Shown in pieces: positions 1 through 9,085 of a stretch of DNA of 64,000 nucleotides. Numbering within the stretch: the stretch's first letter is position 1; each line of letters opens with the position of its first letter. Both the position numbers and the translations under genes were made by a program. A model generated the notes under the pieces. The model made no database searches, was not told the origin of the DNA, and saw only the letters and a list, made by a program, of their open reading frames with translations. The DNA is from an uncultured Anaerolineaceae bacterium (GTDB lineage Bacteria; Chloroflexota; Anaerolineae; Aggregatilineales; Phototrophicaceae), in assembly GCA_964447795.1 (NCBI GenBank), contig CAYUTY010000010.1, positions 33,551 through 97,550 on the forward strand, in the 5' to 3' direction.

Positions 1-291
1 GTTGATTTCAATGGTTTGCACCGGCTGGCTGATGATCTTCTCCACGCCCACTGCTGCCGCCAGATGAAAAATCACATCGCACTCGCTCACCAGCCTGTCC
101 ATCACATGGATGTTGCGGATGTCCTCGATAGCAGCGCGGAAATTGGGGTTTGAGTCGAGGTTGCGGAGGTTTTTTAACTGGCCGGTGCTGAGGTCGTCGA
201 TGATGGTGACACGGTAGCCCGCCGCCAGCAGCCGTTCGCTCAAATGGCTGCCGATGAACCCCGCTCCGCCGGTAATGAGCGCATGAGTCAA
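1..291 (-). CDS. NAD-dependent epimerase/dehydratase (UDP-sugar type), 3' end runs off the window
   Basis: My translation from TTG at 291: (M)THALITGGAGFIGSHLSERLL...IIDDLSTG...VIFHLAAAVGV. Extended-SDR GxxGxxG motif; AAGAGGG RBS upstream. Confidence 0.9.
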   Translation of the reverse strand, partial: MTHALITGGAGFIGSHLSERLLAAGYRVTIIDDLSTGQLKNLRNLDSNPNFRAAIEDIRNIHVMDRLVSECDVIFHLAAAVGVEKIISQPVQTIEIN

Positions 292-406
292 ACGTTTACC
301 CTCTTACGATACATGCAGACAACAGCGCCGAATGTTACCCCAGTTTACCCGGCTTGGGTAGCGGCGACCTCTGCGCCCCAGGCAACCGCCTCAAAATAAA
401 CACGCC

Positions 407-431
407 GTAGGGGAGACCTGTGTGTCTCCCC
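407..431 (+). repeat. GTAG-type REP-like palindrome
   Basis: GTAG followed by hairpin GGGAGAC-CTGTGT-GTCTCCC; same loop as the copy at 4252. Confidence 0.7.
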
Positions 432-566
432 TGGTGGCCTACACCCGTACCGCTTCTGAAAAATATCCGAAAAAACCACCCATAGATCAAAAATCTTCCT
501 ATAATACAAACAAAGAATAACAAATATAACGCAATAAACACAGGCCTGGGTAGAAAGGTGATCCTG

Positions 567-1835
567 ATGAAACGCTTTTCGATAGCATTTTTGTTGGGTC
601 TGGTGGTTTTCCTCGGTGTTCGATTGGCCGGGGCGCAGCAGCAGTCGCCGGAAACCTATATTTCTGAACTCGCATCGGAGTTAAATCTCTGGCGTGTCAC
701 CTCAAATCTGGGGCCGCTGCTGCCTAACCCGACTCTGGAAGCGATGGCCGCTGCCCAGGCCGACTATCTCATCAGCCTGCCGGACATCCCCCAGGGCGGC
801 GATATTCACACCGGCGCAAAAGGCGAAGATGTGCGTAAACGCTCCCAGTTCCCCCAGTTCGCCTGGCCCACCTACGGCCACCCCGATCGGTTTTCGGTCA
901 CGGAAATCGCCGGGATTGGCAGTGTCCGCTCGTCCATGAATTTCTGGCAGACCTCCAGCCTTCACACCCGCAGCGTCACCAATCCCCTCTACCGCGAAAT
1001 CGGCATCGCCGCCCGCCAGTTGAAAAGTGGCGATTTACTCTTCATCGTGGTCATGGGTGCGCGTCCTGATGTTCTTCCAGCAATGGCCGACCCTGAAGTG
1101 GACAGCCTCTATCTCACCACTGAGCGTACCGAGTGGGCCGGTGACTGGATGGGGCAGGCCACACGCTACCGTTTGCTTAACACGCGCCACCAGCCGCTTC
1201 AGGATTGGGCCCCCTGGGAAACCATTGTCGATCTGCCGGAAGATGCCGAACGTTCATTTTTTGTCGAATACGAGGATGCCAGCGGCCATCGCGCCGAAAA
1301 TGAAGTGCTGCTCTACCCCCGTTGGTCAAGTTTGGGGGCGAGCGCTGTACCGGCTGCCGTTGAACCAACAACTGCCGCGCCTGCCGGGCTGGTGATGGCG
1401 GCCAATACGCCTGCCGCGCCGCTTGTGCTGCCAACCGCTATCCCCCAGCCGACTCTTGCCCCAACAACCATCCCCGGCGCGATCAATCTCATCTACTACA
1501 AAGGGGTGCTAACCGTCATTTCCACCAGCGCCAATGCTGATCTCTCTGACCTGCATTTTCGTGGGTCGGGGGCGCAGTTCGACGCCGTGACGTGGGAGCA
1601 GGTTGTCGGTGGTCTGAACATCGGGGCGCTGCCGCAGGGACACTGTTTGCAGGTCGGTTTACGCAGCCTGGGCGATTTCAGCCCGCCCCCCGGATGTAAC
1701 TACCTCCGCAGCATCGTCACCGTCGGCGACGACCGGCAGTTCTGGGCGGGTGAGTCCTTTGAGGTGCTGGTAGGGGATATTATAGTCGCTTCCTGTGCGG
1801 CGGGTGTGGGTCAGTGTTCCATTCCGCTGCCCTGA
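567..1835 (+). CDS. Secreted CAP (SCP/PR-1-like) domain protein with Pro/Thr/Ala linker
   Basis: Signal peptide MKRFSIAFLL...AGA; CAP-like segments LNLWR...L...AAAQADYL...W..SSLH.....NPLYREIGIA; PT-rich linker; Cys-containing C-terminal domain. Confidence 0.7.
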   Translation: MKRFSIAFLLGLVVFLGVRLAGAQQQSPETYISELASELNLWRVTSNLGPLLPNPTLEAMAAAQADYLISLPDIPQGGDIHTGAKGEDVRKRSQFPQFAWPTYGHPDRFSVTEIAGIGSVRSSMNFWQTSSLHTRSVTNPLYREIGIAARQLKSGDLLFIVVMGARPDVLPAMADPEVDSLYLTTERTEWAGDWMGQATRYRLLNTRHQPLQDWAPWETIVDLPEDAERSFFVEYEDASGHRAENEVLLYPRWSSLGASAVPAAVEPTTAAPAGLVMAANTPAAPLVLPTAIPQPTLAPTTIPGAINLIYYKGVLTVISTSANADLSDLHFRGSGAQFDAVTWEQVVGGLNIGALPQGHCLQVGLRSLGDFSPPPGCNYLRSIVTVGDDRQFWAGESFEVLVGDIIVASCAAGVGQCSIPLP

Positions 1836-1934
1836 CGACTTTCACATACGGCACACATTCACAGAGGCGGAGAACATTGCTCCGCCCCTGCATTTTCATC
1901 TTCTGGACTCAAACTGCCTGCTGCCACCGCATAC

Positions 1935-3134
1935 CTAATCAACCCGGAATACATCCGCCAGGCCGGGTTCAGTCGTATCGCGGATGATGACCTGCGGCGT
2001 CTGATGCCACGCGGCACAGGCGCGCAGCGTGCTTTGAACCGCCTCCACCAGCGCGTCATCCACCACGATTCCCGCTTCAAGGTGCAGCGCCTTGACTTCA
2101 AAAATGCCCTCTTTGCGGTGCGCTTTCGGGTCGAGTCGGCCAACCAGCCGGTTATGATATAAAATCGGCAGGCTGTAATAGCCGTATTTACGCTTCTTGG
2201 CCGGGAAATAAAACTCAATTGGAAAGTCGAACTCAAACAGGTCAAGCGTCCGGCCACGATCACATACCATCGGGTCAAATGGCGACAGCAATGTCGTTTT
2301 GGAAAGGGGAATGTCACCTTCGGCGGCGGCTTCAACCCGCTTGAGATTGTCCGGGTGAATGTAGCCCGGCTTTTCCCACCCTTCGACAGCCACCGTCAGG
2401 ACGCGGTTTTTCTTTTCCAGCCGTTTCAGGGCGGCGTTAGCGGCTGCATTTTTCAGGCGGAAATAAGAAGAAATCCAATCGGCCTTCGCCACCCCCAGCG
2501 CCTGAATCGTGTACAGAACAAACTGCTCCTGCGCCTCATCCAGCGATACAGTGGGCAGCCTGTCAGCCTCAGGGTAAATCCGCTCCCGCAGATCATACAC
2601 CCGCTGGAAATTATTGCGCTTGCGTACCATCAGTTTCCCGACCAGCAGCAGGTAATCGAGCGCGATTTGTTCCTCTTTCGGGTTGTCCCAGGTGCTTTTC
2701 TGCCCGTCGATGCGTACAAAATCAGAAGCGCTGGTTTCGCCGTAATCCCGAATGTGATCCAGTACCAGTTCGGCGATGTCTGCATGTTCCGCCAGCCATT
2801 GATCGGGCTTCCGCCAGTCGATGATCCAACCACCCGCCAGATGCAGCCAGTAATCCTCAATCGGCAGGAAACAATTGGAATTGGCCCAGTATTCAAACAA
2901 CGCCCCTTCCATGAACAGTTCATCCAGCCAGTTCGGATCATAATCACCCAGACGGCTCCACAGCACCATATAGGGAGCGCGGGCGATGACATTGATGCTG
3001 TCAATTTGCAGCAGGTGCAGTTGGCGAATAATCGCCTGGACAGCCGCTTTGGTCGCGGGCGGCTGTGCCTCATCAGCCAGCCCTTGCGCGGCGATCATCA
3101 GCCCGCGCACAGCATCCAGTGACAGAGTTTTCAT
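1935..3134 (-). CDS. Winged-helix DNA glycosylase, YcaQ/AlkZ (HTH_42) family
   Basis: LQIDSINVIARAPYMVLWSRLG (QxD motif), LLSPFDP, RKYGYYSLPIL...GRLDPKAHRK. Confidence 0.88.
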   Translation of the reverse strand: MKTLSLDAVRGLMIAAQGLADEAQPPATKAAVQAIIRQLHLLQIDSINVIARAPYMVLWSRLGDYDPNWLDELFMEGALFEYWANSNCFLPIEDYWLHLAGGWIIDWRKPDQWLAEHADIAELVLDHIRDYGETSASDFVRIDGQKSTWDNPKEEQIALDYLLLVGKLMVRKRNNFQRVYDLRERIYPEADRLPTVSLDEAQEQFVLYTIQALGVAKADWISSYFRLKNAAANAALKRLEKKNRVLTVAVEGWEKPGYIHPDNLKRVEAAAEGDIPLSKTTLLSPFDPMVCDRGRTLDLFEFDFPIEFYFPAKKRKYGYYSLPILYHNRLVGRLDPKAHRKEGIFEVKALHLEAGIVVDDALVEAVQSTLRACAAWHQTPQVIIRDTTEPGLADVFRVD

Positions 3135-3245
3135 CGGCAGCCCTTGTATCAATGAAAAGTATATCAATTATAGCGACTGGAACTTTTGTTCGCCAATTGC
3201 CGCTCAAAGGCATCCAAACCAGATCAGCTATTAAAAGCCATTTTG

Positions 3246-3341
3246 CACCACGAAGACACAGAGAGAAATTCATATTTCCTCTTATTCTCTGTGAACTCTG
3301 TGCCTCTGTGGTGAATTCTGATCTTTTGTGAACCGCAGCAC
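3246..3341 (+). repeat. REP-like palindrome plus copy A of a 72-bp direct repeat
   Basis: CACCACGAAGACACAGAG pairs imperfectly with CTCTGTGCCTCTGTGGTG. Segment 3270-3341 recurs at 5570-5641 (65/72 identical by eye). Confidence 0.8.
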
Positions 3342-3442
3342 AATTTTGATGCGTTAGCCCTGTCGCCACCCACCGCTCAGTTTGCGGCAGTAGAATATTT
3401 GAGCTATGATGTCGTTTTCGCCTGTGAAAAACGGAGCAGCGT

Positions 3443-3565
3443 ATGAATAGTCTCCTTGAAAGTGAATTTCCACGGCGCGAAACGCAAAATCTGCGTTACG
3501 ACCTTATGGCTTACACAGATGCCAACTGCCTAACTTCTAAGGAGTGTCATCCATGCGTAAACTGA
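3443..3565 (+). pseudogene. 40-codon ORF, possible truncated 5' fragment of a DinB-like gene
   Basis: GGAG RBS then MNSLLESEFPRRETQNLRYDLMAYTDANCL.... The resemblance to Chloroflexi DinB-like N-termini is from memory only. Confidence 0.3.
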
Positions 3566-4170
3566 TTGTCAGCAATTTTCTGACCCTGGACGGCTGTTAC
3601 GACGGCAAGGATAAAAATCTCACCGGCATATTTGAATATTTCCACCCCGACTATCATGGCGATGATGCCTTTGACTACTACAATACCGAACGGATGCGTG
3701 CCGCCGACACGCTCCTGCTCAGTGGCCGTACCTCATTTTTAGGCAACAGGGACTATTGGACAGGCGTGCCAAAAGACCCTGATTCGACAGCCATCCGGCG
3801 TGAATTTGCCGGGTTGATCGAAGGGATCGACAAAATCGTCATCTCTGATCGGCTGACCGCTGACGAGTTAGGCGAATGGCACAATACCCGCATCGTCAAA
3901 CGTGCTGATTCGCACCGGGAGATTGCCGCCCTGAAGCAGCAGCCCGGCCGGGACATCTTCATCTTTGCGGGGCGTGCGCTCTGGAATGATCTGCTGCTTC
4001 ACGGTCTGGTGGACGAACTGCATCTCACCTTTTTCCCGCTAATCGCTGGTGAAGGCACGCCGCTCTTTGAAGGTCGTCCGCCGGTTTCGCTCAAGCTGCT
4101 CAGCACCCGCACCTGGCAGACCTCCGGCAACATTCTCGCCTGCTATAAGGTGGACTATAAAAAGCCCTGA
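3553..4170 (+). CDS. Dihydrofolate reductase-like / RibD C-terminal domain protein
   Basis: [56 protein letters not shown]. Confidence 0.88.
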   Translation: MRKLIVSNFLTLDGCYDGKDKNLTGIFEYFHPDYHGDDAFDYYNTERMRAADTLLLSGRTSFLGNRDYWTGVPKDPDSTAIRREFAGLIEGIDKIVISDRLTADELGEWHNTRIVKRADSHREIAALKQQPGRDIFIFAGRALWNDLLLHGLVDELHLTFFPLIAGEGTPLFEGRPPVSLKLLSTRTWQTSGNILACYKVDYKKP

Positions 4171-4251
4171 CGCCTGGCGCAGCATCGGGTTAAAAATCGC
4201 CCCTGCCTGCGCGGCAATTTTCGGGAAATTTCTCTCTTTCCCCGCGTGTGG

Positions 4252-4277
4252 GTAGGGGCGAACCTGTGTGTTCGCCC
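4252..4277 (+). repeat. GTAG-type REP-like palindrome
   Basis: GTAG followed by GGGCGAAC-CTGTGT-GTTCGCCC. Confidence 0.75.
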
Positions 4278-4352
4278 GACTGACATTTCATCTCTATACT
4301 TGAGAGCCAGCTTGATTCACCTGTTCTGGCACAGAGAGTAGGAAGATGAAAA

Positions 4353-4928
4353 ATGACCGCCTTCACACCAGATTATTCACACTACTTCTGGCAGGGACAA
4401 AGAACCCGGCTGCGCCCTTTCCGCCTGGAAGATGCCGAATTGCGTTTCATCGCATCGCTGGATAGCCCAACGCGCCAGCTCCATCAGGATGGCATTGAAT
4501 TGCCTACCTCTGTCGAACTTCAGAAAGAATGGCTGGAGAAGGCCGCCGGTTGCAGGGATGATGGCATGATCCGCTTCGCTATGGAAAATTTGGACGGTGT
4601 CACCGTCGGCTGGGTGACATTACACAGCCGCGATCAGAAAAATGGAACCTTTGCTTTTGGGGTGGCCGTTTATCGTGATTATAGAGGACATGGGTACGCC
4701 GTTGATGCCGTGTCTATCCTGCTCAGATATGGTTTTTGGGAACAACGCTGCCAAAAATGCAATTCAGTCTGTGTACATACCAACGAAGCATCCATTCGGA
4801 TGCATCACAAGCTGGGCTTTACAGAAGAAGGAAGAATCAGGCGCAACAGTTTCTTCAACGGACAATACCATGATGATGTCTTGTTTGGCATGACTCGCGA
4901 GGAGTTCGATGAACGCATGAAAGCATAA
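4353..4928 (+). CDS. GNAT N-acetyltransferase, RimJ/RimL family
   Basis: RLRPF, YRGHGYA, NEASIRMHHKLGFTEEGRIR...GQYHDDVLFGM. Confidence 0.88.
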   Translation: MTAFTPDYSHYFWQGQRTRLRPFRLEDAELRFIASLDSPTRQLHQDGIELPTSVELQKEWLEKAAGCRDDGMIRFAMENLDGVTVGWVTLHSRDQKNGTFAFGVAVYRDYRGHGYAVDAVSILLRYGFWEQRCQKCNSVCVHTNEASIRMHHKLGFTEEGRIRRNSFFNGQYHDDVLFGMTREEFDERMKA

Positions 4929-5020
4929 AATCCTGACGTTGCTGCTTCCTTAACCAAAATTCACGTTAAAATAGCTTGACCGCTTCAAACAACTTCTGAT
5001 GCAGTCATTTTGCAGAAACT

Positions 5021-5045
5021 AAAATCCCGCTCGATGGCAGCGGGA
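5021..5045 (-). terminator. Intrinsic terminator
   Basis: On the minus strand, TCCCGCT...AGCGGGA hairpin followed by TTTT, downstream of 5083-5463. Confidence 0.6.
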
Positions 5046-5082
5046 GTCGTAAAAATTGTTCAGTTAAAATGCTGCACAAGGC

Positions 5083-5463
5083 TTAGGCTTCGCTGAGCAG
5101 CAACTGGTCAATTTCGTTGTGGGCTTCAGCCAGGGAACGAACAATCCTGAAGCGATCACCTCCCGTCAGTTTGGTGAAGATTCCCGCCATTGCATTCACA
5201 AATGCGCCCGATGTGACACAAATAACCACACCGGTATTGGGATGAGCGCCGCGCAGCATCCCTGCCCCGCTGCTCAGGATTGAACCGGGAAGATTTTTTA
5301 CGGCGCTAAAATCGGCGATAATATGGATTTTCTCGCCGGTCTGCGGCAGAATTTCACCTTCCATTTTGATTCGTAAGGCGTTCATCTGGGCATGATCGAT
5401 TGGATCACTGTAGGTTTGCAGGACAGCACGATTGTCCTTGATGAGTTCGACGTTGATAGGCAT
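5083..5463 (-). CDS. STAS/SEC14 (SpoIIAA-like) small protein
   Basis: MPINVE...HIIADFS...HPN...SLAEA pattern shared with paralogs at 20281, 40571 and 41060. Confidence 0.6.
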   Translation of the reverse strand: MPINVELIKDNRAVLQTYSDPIDHAQMNALRIKMEGEILPQTGEKIHIIADFSAVKNLPGSILSSGAGMLRGAHPNTGVVICVTSGAFVNAMAGIFTKLTGGDRFRIVRSLAEAHNEIDQLLLSEA

Positions 5464-5569
5464 GAGAAGCTCCATATAGGATCATAGAAATAATTATAAC
5501 GCGCTTTTTGTCACCCTGTCTCTCTATTCTCGCTTGTTTTTCACTCATCGCTCATACCTCATATCTTTT

Positions 5570-5641
5570 TCACATTTCCTCTCATTCTCTCTGAACGCTG
5601 TGCCTCTGTGGTGAGTGCTGATCTTTTGCGAACCGCAGCAC
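5570..5641 (+). repeat. Copy B of the 72-bp direct repeat
   Basis: Matches 3270-3341 at an offset of 2300 bp. Confidence 0.8.
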
Positions 5642-5811
5642 GCTTTTCCTGCGTTTCCCTGTCCCTTTTACCCCGGCACTTTTAACTGGGTCATTATGCT
5701 GGTTTCACACCTCACCCCGCTGCACTTCGCCTGGCTACGCAGTGGAGAAGGCTGCCAACGACTCAAGCGAGCATGGGGATTTGAGCGAAGAAATCAAACC
5801 AGCATAATGCC

Positions 5812-5858
5812 TAACTTTTAACTTTTAACTTTTAACTTTCTACTTTTAACTTTTAACT
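5812..5858 (+). repeat. Heptamer tandem repeat (TAACTTT) x ~6.7
   Basis: Read directly; one variant unit CTACTTT. Confidence 0.95.
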
Positions 5859-5860
5859 CA

Positions 5861-6151
5861 AAAATCTCCCCTCAAAAGTGAAACAAATGTTATGACAAAT
5901 GTCATGACAAATGTTTTACCATTCGCCTCATTTCCCTGCTAAACTGGTTCTATGACTCTCTATATGCTGTGGTGAAACATGTTGCCTTTGACGATCAACT
6001 ACCGACTAGCGGCTATCGGCTCAAATGATAAAAATGCCTGATTCTCATTCTCACCATTTTCACCATTTAACCGCCACCGCCGCCATCAGCCAGCCGGAAA
6101 TGGCGGTGCGACATCAATGAAATATCACCGCCGCCACCGCCGCCGCCGCCA
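5861..6151 (+). repeat. Dispersed non-coding element, copy 1
   Basis: AAAATCTCCCCTCAAAA...GAAACAAATGT(T/C)ATG tandem...CTGCTAAACT...GAAATGGCGGTG...TCACCGCCGCC...; homologous to 25384 and 45364. Confidence 0.85.
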
Positions 6152-6209
6152 TCACGACCCATTTTCAGCGCTCGCCTGCGCCTGACAACTGTCAGTTAGT
6201 AACGACTGG

Positions 6210-7439
6210 CTACGGATTTCGCACCTGCACGATTTTGCCGTTGATGTTGACTGTGCCGTTCGTGTCGCCGCGCAGGTTCCAGTCGCCCGCCGCGACGATA
6301 TTCACCCAGAAATCGCCGCGCTTTTTCAGTCCCGGCAGGTTGTGTTTGTTCGCCAGCGCGTACAGGTTATCCCGCCGCAGTTCGGCCAGCTTGCTGATGA
6401 ACTGATGCTCGCTCACGCCGTTCTGTCCCACCCGCGATTTGTTCGGCACGCCCAGCACTTCTTCGGCCTTCGGCAGCAGGTGGTTGAAGCGGCCATGATT
6501 GATCGCCATATCGAAAATCAACGCCTGCGACAGCGGCAGTGTGATTCCGCGTGGGTTAATGCTCAGCTCAAACACCGGCAGATAGTAGCCCTCGGTTGCC
6601 ACTTCGTCCTGAATCTGCTGCATCACTGCTTCGCTGGCCGCCGCGATACACAATTCCTTCAAACGCGCATCCTGCCGTAAGCCCTCGTCTTTGGCGTTCA
6701 GGCGCGGCAGATAATTACGCAGTTCATTGGCTGTCGCCCCGCCGGATCGCTCCAGAAAGCGGTTGATGACCGTGATGAAGCTCCCGGCAGCCAGCGTGAA
6801 CTGGAAGCGCCCATAGCTGACAATGCCCGCGTCATACGTCTGGTAGGTGGCATAGCCGCCCCCCTCGAACGCGCCCGTGATGTTGAACGCCGCTTTACGA
6901 ACGCGATCGGTCGTATCCCCAGGCAGAGGCGCGGCAATCGGCCCCGGCGCTGTAACCGGTGCAGGCGTCGTTACAGCCGGAGACGGTGTGGGCGCAGGCG
7001 CGGATACCGGCGTAGTTACCGCAGCCGGAGGCGCTGCCGGGCTGGGCGAGGTATTGACCGGAATCGCCGGGACAACCGGCATCACCTGACCAACCGGCGC
7101 GACGGCCTGCGTCCGCGTCAGCGAAAAGGCAGGCGTCGGCTTGCTGATAGTCCCGTAGCCAAAACGCGAACCATCGCCCACCACATCCACCAGATCATCG
7201 CGCACCCAGCCCATCTCTCCATTAGGAAACGTCACACGCAGCCATTGATAAATTTTGCCGTTGAGGTGGTTGCCTTTATCGTCGGCGCGGGCTTCCATCA
7301 CGACCAGGCCGCTCATGCCGACGGCCACCTTGAACAGCAGCGTATAAGCTGTGTTCGGCCCGGAACGTACATTGACTTCGAGGATGTCCGGGCGCTCGCG
7401 CAGCCCGCGAATAGTTAACTGAAAGGGTGCTGTCGCCAT
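6210..7439 (-). CDS. SH3b-like domain + Pro/Ala linker + lysozyme-fold (chitosanase/GH46-like) glycoside hydrolase
   Basis: N-terminal NVRSGPNT...W...GWVRDDL; C-terminal ITGAFEGG...SYGRFQF...IFDMAINHG. Confidence 0.65.
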   Translation of the reverse strand: MATAPFQLTIRGLRERPDILEVNVRSGPNTAYTLLFKVAVGMSGLVVMEARADDKGNHLNGKIYQWLRVTFPNGEMGWVRDDLVDVVGDGSRFGYGTISKPTPAFSLTRTQAVAPVGQVMPVVPAIPVNTSPSPAAPPAAVTTPVSAPAPTPSPAVTTPAPVTAPGPIAAPLPGDTTDRVRKAAFNITGAFEGGGYATYQTYDAGIVSYGRFQFTLAAGSFITVINRFLERSGGATANELRNYLPRLNAKDEGLRQDARLKELCIAAASEAVMQQIQDEVATEGYYLPVFELSINPRGITLPLSQALIFDMAINHGRFNHLLPKAEEVLGVPNKSRVGQNGVSEHQFISKLAELRRDNLYALANKHNLPGLKKRGDFWVNIVAAGDWNLRGDTNGTVNINGKIVQVRNP

Positions 7440-7570
7440 ACGACAAATCTCCTGAACCGTTGCTGCTTAAACGATATAGATTTTTCCCGTAAACTTTTTT
7501 GATTTCCCCTCCCTGCGCCCTATAGTGGGCTGCGAACGATACAGGTGAGCGCAGGGAGCAGAAGACGATT

Positions 7571-8953
7571 TTACCGCCTGAACAGCGCTACCGGGTCGAG
7601 CAGACCGCTGCGGATGTTGGCCCAGTGGACGAAATTCGGCTCACGCGAGGCGCGGATTTCCAGATGCAGGTGCGCCGCCTCGGAATTGCCGGTATTGCCG
7701 CAGGTGGCGAACTGCTGCCCCGGCGCGAGCGTTTGCCCTTCCTGTGCCAGCCGTGTGTGCAGGTGCGCGTACATCACAAAAATCGCTCCACCGCCGAAGC
7801 CGCGCGCCGTCAGCAGATCGCGCGTCGATTGGGGTAGCTGGTCGTTGGTATAACGCACGATCATGTAATGACCGTAACCGTTGCCCCATCCCGGATCGCT
7901 GAAAATCGACGGGTCGCCCAGTCGGTGTCCATTCATCAGCGTGCTGGGACGCTCAGGCGTGCATTTAACACACTGGAACGATTTGACGACTGTGCCACCA
8001 TTCGGCCCGGCGTAGATCGGTTCGCCAGTAGCCGCGCCCTGATCCCAGCCATCGTGATCGACCAGAGTCATATCCTTGTTGGGCGGCATATTAAAGCCGC
8101 GCACCCACCAGTAATGCTCGCGCATGGGCGACGGATACAGGTCGGCAGGCAGGCCAAAGGGAGCGCTGTCGCCTTCGTAGCTCACCAGGTCTTCCCGTAT
8201 CCACAGGTCGCGCCCCTGCGCCCTGGTTTTGAACCAGCGGTAGCGCTGTCCCTGCTGCTCCTGCTGGACACCTGTAATCGGGTAGCGTCCGCCGCGCTCC
8301 AGCGTGATGCCGGTGCGGTCAAAGCTGATGCTGGGGCCGCTGCGTGTGTTGGCCGCCCCCTGCGTTTTGACGATCAGAATCGGTTGCCCCGTTGTCACCG
8401 ATGGCGGTGCCGTAACCGGCGGCGGAACTGGCGCGGGAGCAGACGCAGGCGGCGCAGCAGGCACAGCCACAGCCGGAGCGGGTGCTGCCGTCGCCGGGGC
8501 AGGCGCGGCTGGCGCGGCTGGCACAACCGGCGCTGGCGCAGCCGGGATGACAGGCGCAGGCGCGACGGTTGCCGGAGGTGGCGTAGACGGCGTGGTGTTG
8601 ACCGGGGCGGGCGCGCTGGTCACAGCGCTGCGGTTGAGCGTGAACGCGAATGTTCGCGTCGTGATGACCGGATAACCAAAAGTGCTGCCATCGCCGATGA
8701 TTTCGATCAGATCATCACGCGCCCAGCCTTCGCGCCCATCGGGAAAGCGCAGTTTAAACCACACATAAGTTTTATTCTGAAAATTGTCGCCTTTGTCGTC
8801 TGCGAGAGCATCCAGAACGGCTAGATTATCGGTTCCGACGGCAGCTTTCAAAACCAGTTCGTACTGCTTGTTCGGGCCGGAACGAATATTAATTTCGCGG
8901 ATGGCCGGGGTTTCCGGCAGCCCGCGAATATAGGCGGTGCAGGGGTTTGCCAT
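7571..8953 (-). CDS. SH3b + linker + SH3b + M23 (LytM-type) metallopeptidase
   Basis: Two N(I/T)RSGP...W.R(D/E)DL domains; HDGWD (HxxxD), YAHL, GNTGNSEAAHLHLE (HxH). Confidence 0.85.
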   Translation of the reverse strand: MANPCTAYIRGLPETPAIREINIRSGPNKQYELVLKAAVGTDNLAVLDALADDKGDNFQNKTYVWFKLRFPDGREGWARDDLIEIIGDGSTFGYPVITTRTFAFTLNRSAVTSAPAPVNTTPSTPPPATVAPAPVIPAAPAPVVPAAPAAPAPATAAPAPAVAVPAAPPASAPAPVPPPVTAPPSVTTGQPILIVKTQGAANTRSGPSISFDRTGITLERGGRYPITGVQQEQQGQRYRWFKTRAQGRDLWIREDLVSYEGDSAPFGLPADLYPSPMREHYWWVRGFNMPPNKDMTLVDHDGWDQGAATGEPIYAGPNGGTVVKSFQCVKCTPERPSTLMNGHRLGDPSIFSDPGWGNGYGHYMIVRYTNDQLPQSTRDLLTARGFGGGAIFVMYAHLHTRLAQEGQTLAPGQQFATCGNTGNSEAAHLHLEIRASREPNFVHWANIRSGLLDPVALFRR

Positions 8954-9085
8954 CTATCGCCTCCTTAACGTGCTGTAATTATATGATAGGGCGAATAAAC
9001 CGCTTTCCAACCTTTACGTTGCATTAATCCACAAATTTTGGGGTGCGATACGCTGATGTGGGGGATAGCTGAATTGTAGGGCGAA

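Noticed and set aside
335..541. 68-aa minus-strand ORF
   Set aside because: Spans the promoter region and a REP; low-complexity, probably spurious.
6210..8953. Prophage lysis cassette
   Set aside because: No holin, structural, terminase or integrase genes nearby.
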